Shown piece after piece: positions 60,012 to 64,000 of a DNA stretch of 64,000 bases. Under the pieces are notes generated by a model, which worked only from the letters and a program-made list of their open reading frames with translations, searched no databases and had not been told where the DNA came from. Position 1 is the stretch's first letter, and each line of letters opens with the position of its first letter. The stretch is from an uncultured delta proteobacterium (GTDB taxonomy: Bacteria; Desulfobacterota; Desulfobacteria; Desulfobacterales; Desulfatirhabdiaceae), in assembly GCA_963789395.1 (NCBI GenBank), contig CAWBKP010000024.1:256001-320000 (forward strand), written 5' to 3'. Position numbers and translations under genes: made by a program.

Positions 60012-60143
60012 AAATCCAAGGGACTCAGCGGCATCATCGCTTCCGAATACCTCGACAATGCCGATGACCAGTTCCAGCAGACGACCCTGCAAAGGGGTCT
60101 GGTGCAACTGGAGCGGGTGCGGGCAGAGGAAGTTGTGATTTAA
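60012..60143 (+). pseudogene. Relic 3' end of a second cyclase paralog
   Basis: KSKGLSGIIASEYLDNADDQFQQTTLQRGLVQLERVRAEEVVI* aligns without gaps to the rebuilt cyclase C-terminus KIKELNGISAPEYLNNAETLFREMDLQWDLGQLEQVRSQE (21/40 identical by hand). Confidence 0.75.
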
Positions 60144-60276
60144 GTAAATGACATTGATATCCTTCTTGCATTTGATTCTTTCTAATATTATAGATTTGTA
60201 TAAATAGCCGGGCAGTCCAAAGATCTCCTGTTTTGCCGTACTTGATTCGAAGTTAATTTAATGTTACGGAAACACC

Positions 60277-63229
60277 ATGAATCGAAGAACCTTTCTTAAA
60301 ATTGCGGGCATCGGCAGTATCGCCGTTGCTGCCGCCGGATGCACACCGGATAAAAACCTCTTTACCCTGGTTCATGCACCGGATGACATGGTTGTGGGAA
60401 ACGCTACCTGGTATGCCTCCACCTGCAGGGAATGTCCCGCAGGATGCGGCGTGCTGGCCAAGAACCGCGAAGGACGTGTCATCAAGCTGGAAGGAAACCC
60501 CCATCACCCGATCAACCGTGGCGCGCTCTGCATGCGCGGTCAGGCAGCCCTGCAAGGCGTTTACAACCCCGATCGGCTTAAAACGCCTATGATTCAGAAA
60601 AACGGCGCCTGGCGATCCATCACCTTTAAAGAGGCTGAGGCGATGCTCGCGGAAAAAGCCTTGCATGCCGGCGGTCAGGGACCAAACCGGGTCCGGATTC
60701 TCAGTGAAATCGTCGGCGACAGTCTCCTGATGTTGTTTCAGGAGGTGTTGCTGAAGTGGGGATCAGAAGTGCCGCCGGTTCTCTTTGAACCCTATGCCTA
60801 TGAATCCCTGAAGGCGGCTTATGAAGCTGTTTTCGGTATTGCCGCTGTTCCGACGCTTCATATGGACCGGGCCGATCTGCTGATTGGATTTGGTGCGGAA
60901 TTTCTGGAAACCTGGGTGTCTCCGGTTGAATATGCACAGAAATTTAAAGCCATGCACGCGCTGCGGAACGGGGAAAAAGGGGCCTTCATTCAGGTCAGCC
61001 CCTTCCAGTCTCTGACGGCCGCCAATGCCGATCGCTGGATATCCTGTGTGCCCGGCGGCGAAGCGGTTGTGGTTTACGGTCTGATACGGGAACTGCTTGC
61101 CAGCGGCCATGGTCGGGGCCTGCCGAAGCCGGTACGGGACCGCTTGATCCTGGCCTGTGAACCGTTTACGATTGCAGAAGTCGTTCGTCTGTCGGACATT
61201 CGAGAAGCAGATTTCCAGATGCTGATCGCGTGTCTGCTGGATGCGAAAGCCCCAATAGTTCTTGGGTCAGGTATCGGTGCGGAAAGTGCGGGTTCTCTTC
61301 AAACCGATTTCGGGGTCGTTTTGTTGAATCTGCTTCTGGACCCTGAACTGGGACTTTTTGATTTTGAAAACCGTCACCGTATCGAGCGCGCGGCCAGGCG
61401 CTCCGAAGTCCTTGCGTTTCTGAACAACCTTGAAACAGAGCCTGAAGGATTGCTCCTGCTTCACAATACCAATCCGGTCTTTACGTTGCCACCTTCCAGT
61501 CGTGCTGCTGCAATCATCTCTCAAAAGAATTTGTTTGTGGTCAGCTTCACCAATTTCATGGATGAAACAGCAATGCTCTCGGATATGGTGTTTCCCGTCC
61601 AGCTTCCGCTGGAAACCTGGGATATCTATGAAGCCAAAACGGATGTGATCGGTGCCATGCAGCCGGCGATGGGCAGTCTGACACCGGCGCCGGGAATCGG
61701 GGACGTTCTGCTTCGCTGCGCATTTGGCGGCAAGCCGCCCGCTCCGGATTACAAAACTTATGTTGTGGGCCGTCTGAATGCACGGAAAATGATCACAAAC
61801 ATGCGGGATTGGGTCACTGTCGTTCAGAACGGTGGCGTCTTCAAGACGCCGCCTGTTTCACCGCTTTCCGGGTCTGACTTCCGATGCCCTGTCTCTTGAG
61901 CTGCTTTCCCGCCATATTCAGCCACCTGCCGGGCTTCCGAAAGACGAATTGATTTTTATCGCTGTCCCATCTTCCCGTTTTTTTGACGGCAGGGGCGCCA
62001 ACAAATCCTGGCTCTGCGAAGCGCCCGATCCCCTGACGCTGGTGTGCTGGCAGTCCGTTGTTCAGGCCAATCCGGAAACCATGGCTGCCAAAGGCTGGAA
62101 GCAGGGTGATGTGATTGAACTCCGGTCGGAGTTTGGCGCTTTGAAAGCGCCTGTCTTTGAATGGCCAGGCCTTCATCCGGATGTGCTGGTCATGGCGATC
62201 GGACAAGGACATACGGCTTTTGGCGGAAATGCCCGGAATCAGGGTCAGAATCCTCTGGCGCTGCTTGGTGTGGAAGTCCATCCTACAAGCGGAGGACCTT
62301 CTTTCAGGGTTGGCGTTTCTGCTGCCGGAATGGCCGGGCAGAAGCAGGCGCTGGCGCACCTGGACGGCAGCCGTGTTCAGCACGGCAGAAAGATTGCACT
62401 TGCTACTGAGATCAAAACCCTTCACGCCCCACCGGATCATGCAGGGGAAGGGCTCGGGATGTGGGAATTCCCGCTGACCCTGCCGCTGCCGGAAGGTTAT
62501 GATCCCAATAGGGATATTTACCCTCCGCACACGCATGTGGATTACCGCTGGGGTATGGTCGTGGACCTGGATCGCTGTATCGGTTGCGGGGCCTGTACCA
62601 TTGCCTGCTACGCGGAGAACAACATCGGCATGGTGGGTGAAACCCAGATTCTTGCCGGCCGAGAAATGGCGTGGCTGCGGATCGAGCGATACCTGGATCC
62701 ACAGGATGAACAGAAAATCATATTCCTGCCCATGATGTGCCAGCACTGTGACAATGCCCCCTGCGAAGCGGTCTGCCCGGTATATGCTCCCCATCACAGC
62801 AAGGAAGGCTTGAACAACCAGATATACAACCGCTGTATCGGAACGCGCTTCTGTGGCCAGAATTGCCCTTACAAGGTCCGGCGATTCAACTGGCTGGACT
62901 GGAAATGGCCGGAGCCGCTCCCGCTTCAGCTTAATCCGGATGTGACGGTGCGCAGCAAGGGTGTGATGGAAAAATGCTCATTCTGCATCCAGCGGATCAA
63001 GGACGGCCATGATGCCGCCAAAAATGAAAAGCGGATGATCCGTGACGGCGAGGTGGTTCCCGCCTGCGTGCAGACATGCCCCACCAAGGCACTTGCTTTC
63101 GGCAATTTCATGGATACGAAAAGCCGGGTGCGGGCACTGGTTGATGATCGCCGTGCTTATCAGGTCTTGGGATATCTGAACACAAAGCCGGCGGTGATCT
63201 ATCTGAAGAAAGTGCTGCAAAATATCTGA
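60277..63229 (+). CDS. Tat-exported molybdopterin-oxidoreductase-like / 4Fe-4S fusion (ActB-like, QrcB+QrcC-like); one frameshift near 61850-61890
   Basis: MNRRTFLK Tat motif with AAAGC, CRECPAGC..GALC, EGNP.HP, FDGRGAN..WL.E.PDP, then DLDRCIGCGACTIAC.AENN, GREMAWLRIERY, CQHCDNAPCEAVCP, RCIGTRFC..NCPY, RSKGVMEKCSFC and PACVQTCP. Confidence 0.88.
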
Positions 63230-63382
63230 TCGTCATTATCCTAACCCCTACAGCTTGCGATCCGGGGTTGTCACACGGGGAAACATCATTAAGATTTCTC
63301 CCGATAAATGCGGCGAAGGGTCATTTATTCATTTTTCCAATACTCGGTGATGTTTTTGATTCCATTCTCGAATGATATTTCC

Positions 63383-63411
63383 TTGACCCCTTTTATGATA
63401 TTCATTACAGT
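63383..63411 (+). promoter_or_regulatory. Candidate sigma70 promoter of the selenopeptide gene
   Basis: TTGACC-N17-TACAGT about 40 nt upstream of the start codon. Confidence 0.4.
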
Positions 63412-63453
63412 AAGAAACAGGCAAAGGATGGCTTGATTCTTATGGAGGACAAC

Positions 63454-63690
63454 ATGGACAAGGATCACTTGAAACAGCTCCTTGCAGGGCTCTGTATTTC
63501 CAGCCTTGTTTCGGGCGCGGCCCTCTTGTCGGGCTGTGAAAAGAATGCATCGAGTAGCTGATCCGGACCCAAAACGGGTGCAGGTAGCACCCAGAGCGGT
63601 TGATCCGGATCAATGAAGGGTGCAGGTAGCACCCAGCCCACGCCAGCACCTCAGCCGGGCAGTGGCTGAAGCGGCGCAAAAAAGCAGTAA
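63454..63690 (+). CDS. sbtA: SbtA-like selenocysteine-containing RiPP precursor, 78 aa with three in-frame UGA codons (Sec36, Sec50, Sec72)
   Basis: GGAGG at 63444-63448. Translation MDKDHLKQLLAGLCISSLVSGAALLSGCEKNASSSUSGPKTGAGSTQSGUSGSMKGAGSTQPTPAPQPGSGUSGAKKQ*, with TGA at 63559, 63601 and 63667 and TAA at 63688. The leader fits the selenobiotic precursor pattern MD...LK..LAGL.I..L..G as I recall it. Confidence 0.88.
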
Positions 63691-63710
63691 AATAGTGCAG
63701 GTTGCACTAT
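63576..63710 (+). promoter_or_regulatory. Three SECIS-like hairpins (63576-63592, 63618-63634, 63692-63710)
   Basis: GGGTGC-AGGTA-GCACCC occurs twice, each 14 nt after a TGA. ATAGTGCA-GGT-TGCACTAT follows the third TGA, in the 3' UTR. All share GTGCAGGTwGCAC. Confidence 0.82.
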
Positions 63711-63845
63711 CCGAAAAACCGATGATCCATCGGAAGCTCTTCCGGTTTCCGGATATCGGCATCCCATTTTTGAAAACGCTTTTTTGCGTTCATATCAAGA
63801 ATAACCTTACAACCGCCATCCTTTGCCTGACTTGAAAAACGCTTT

Positions 63846-64000
63846 ATGAATCAGACTGACATCGATAATATCTTCTCCGGATGCCGGTCATTTCTGGATG
63901 CCGAAACCTGGCATCGAGACTGATTTCCGGGTATCGCGCCGATGAAAATCCGCAATTTTTGTTTGACAGGATTCTGTCCCACTGCAGTCGCAGTCGATGC
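63846..64000 (+). CDS. 5' end of the probable SbtM-like radical SAM maturase (partial; apparent frameshift near 63925)
   Basis: MNQTDIDNIFSGCRSFLDAETWHR continues in another frame as LISGYRADENPQFLFDRILSH to the window edge. Assigned mainly by position after the precursor; no radical SAM motif is visible in the window. Confidence 0.5.

Noticed and set aside
63559..63640. 42-nt tandem repeat as a mini CRISPR array
   Set aside because: Only two units, period divisible by three, in frame within a coding sequence, and no cas genes. Explained as core-plus-SECIS duplication.
63440..63835. ORF-track calls 63440-63679 (-) and 63620-63835 (+)
   Set aside because: They overlap the better supported selenopeptide frame, which has a ribosome-binding site, a family-like leader and SECIS-like hairpins.

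Overview
Chromosomal window from an anaerobic Desulfobacterota (Desulfobacterales-like) bacterium; the taxon is inferred from gene content. About 14 otherwise intact genes carry single-base frameshifts, most likely uncorrected long-read or MAG indels. Housekeeping and signalling genes: leuB coupled to a DAC-domain protein, a PAS-GGDEF cyclase, hrpA, an rhlB-like helicase, an S1 paralog, a B12-radical SAM enzyme, a hybrid kinase, a NorD-like VWA protein, the phoH-HD-ybeY-nnr-tsaE-lysC operon, a photolyase, vapBC, a TetR-RND efflux system, a MauE-rhodanese-C_GCAxxG_C_C cassette, an M1 aminopeptidase, etfBA, a GMC oxidoreductase and an ActB-like Tat protein. A decayed STAND-type nucleotide cyclase is interrupted by half an IS630, and a relic of a second cyclase copy brackets the GMC gene. 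The main result is missing from the ORF track. At 63454-63690 is a 78-codon SbtA-like (selenobiotic / thio(seleno)oxazole RiPP) precursor with three in-frame UGA codons in S-x-U-S-G cores, each followed by a near-identical SECIS-like hairpin. The probable 5' end of its radical SAM maturase follows at the window edge. No rRNA, tRNA or CRISPR array was recognised.
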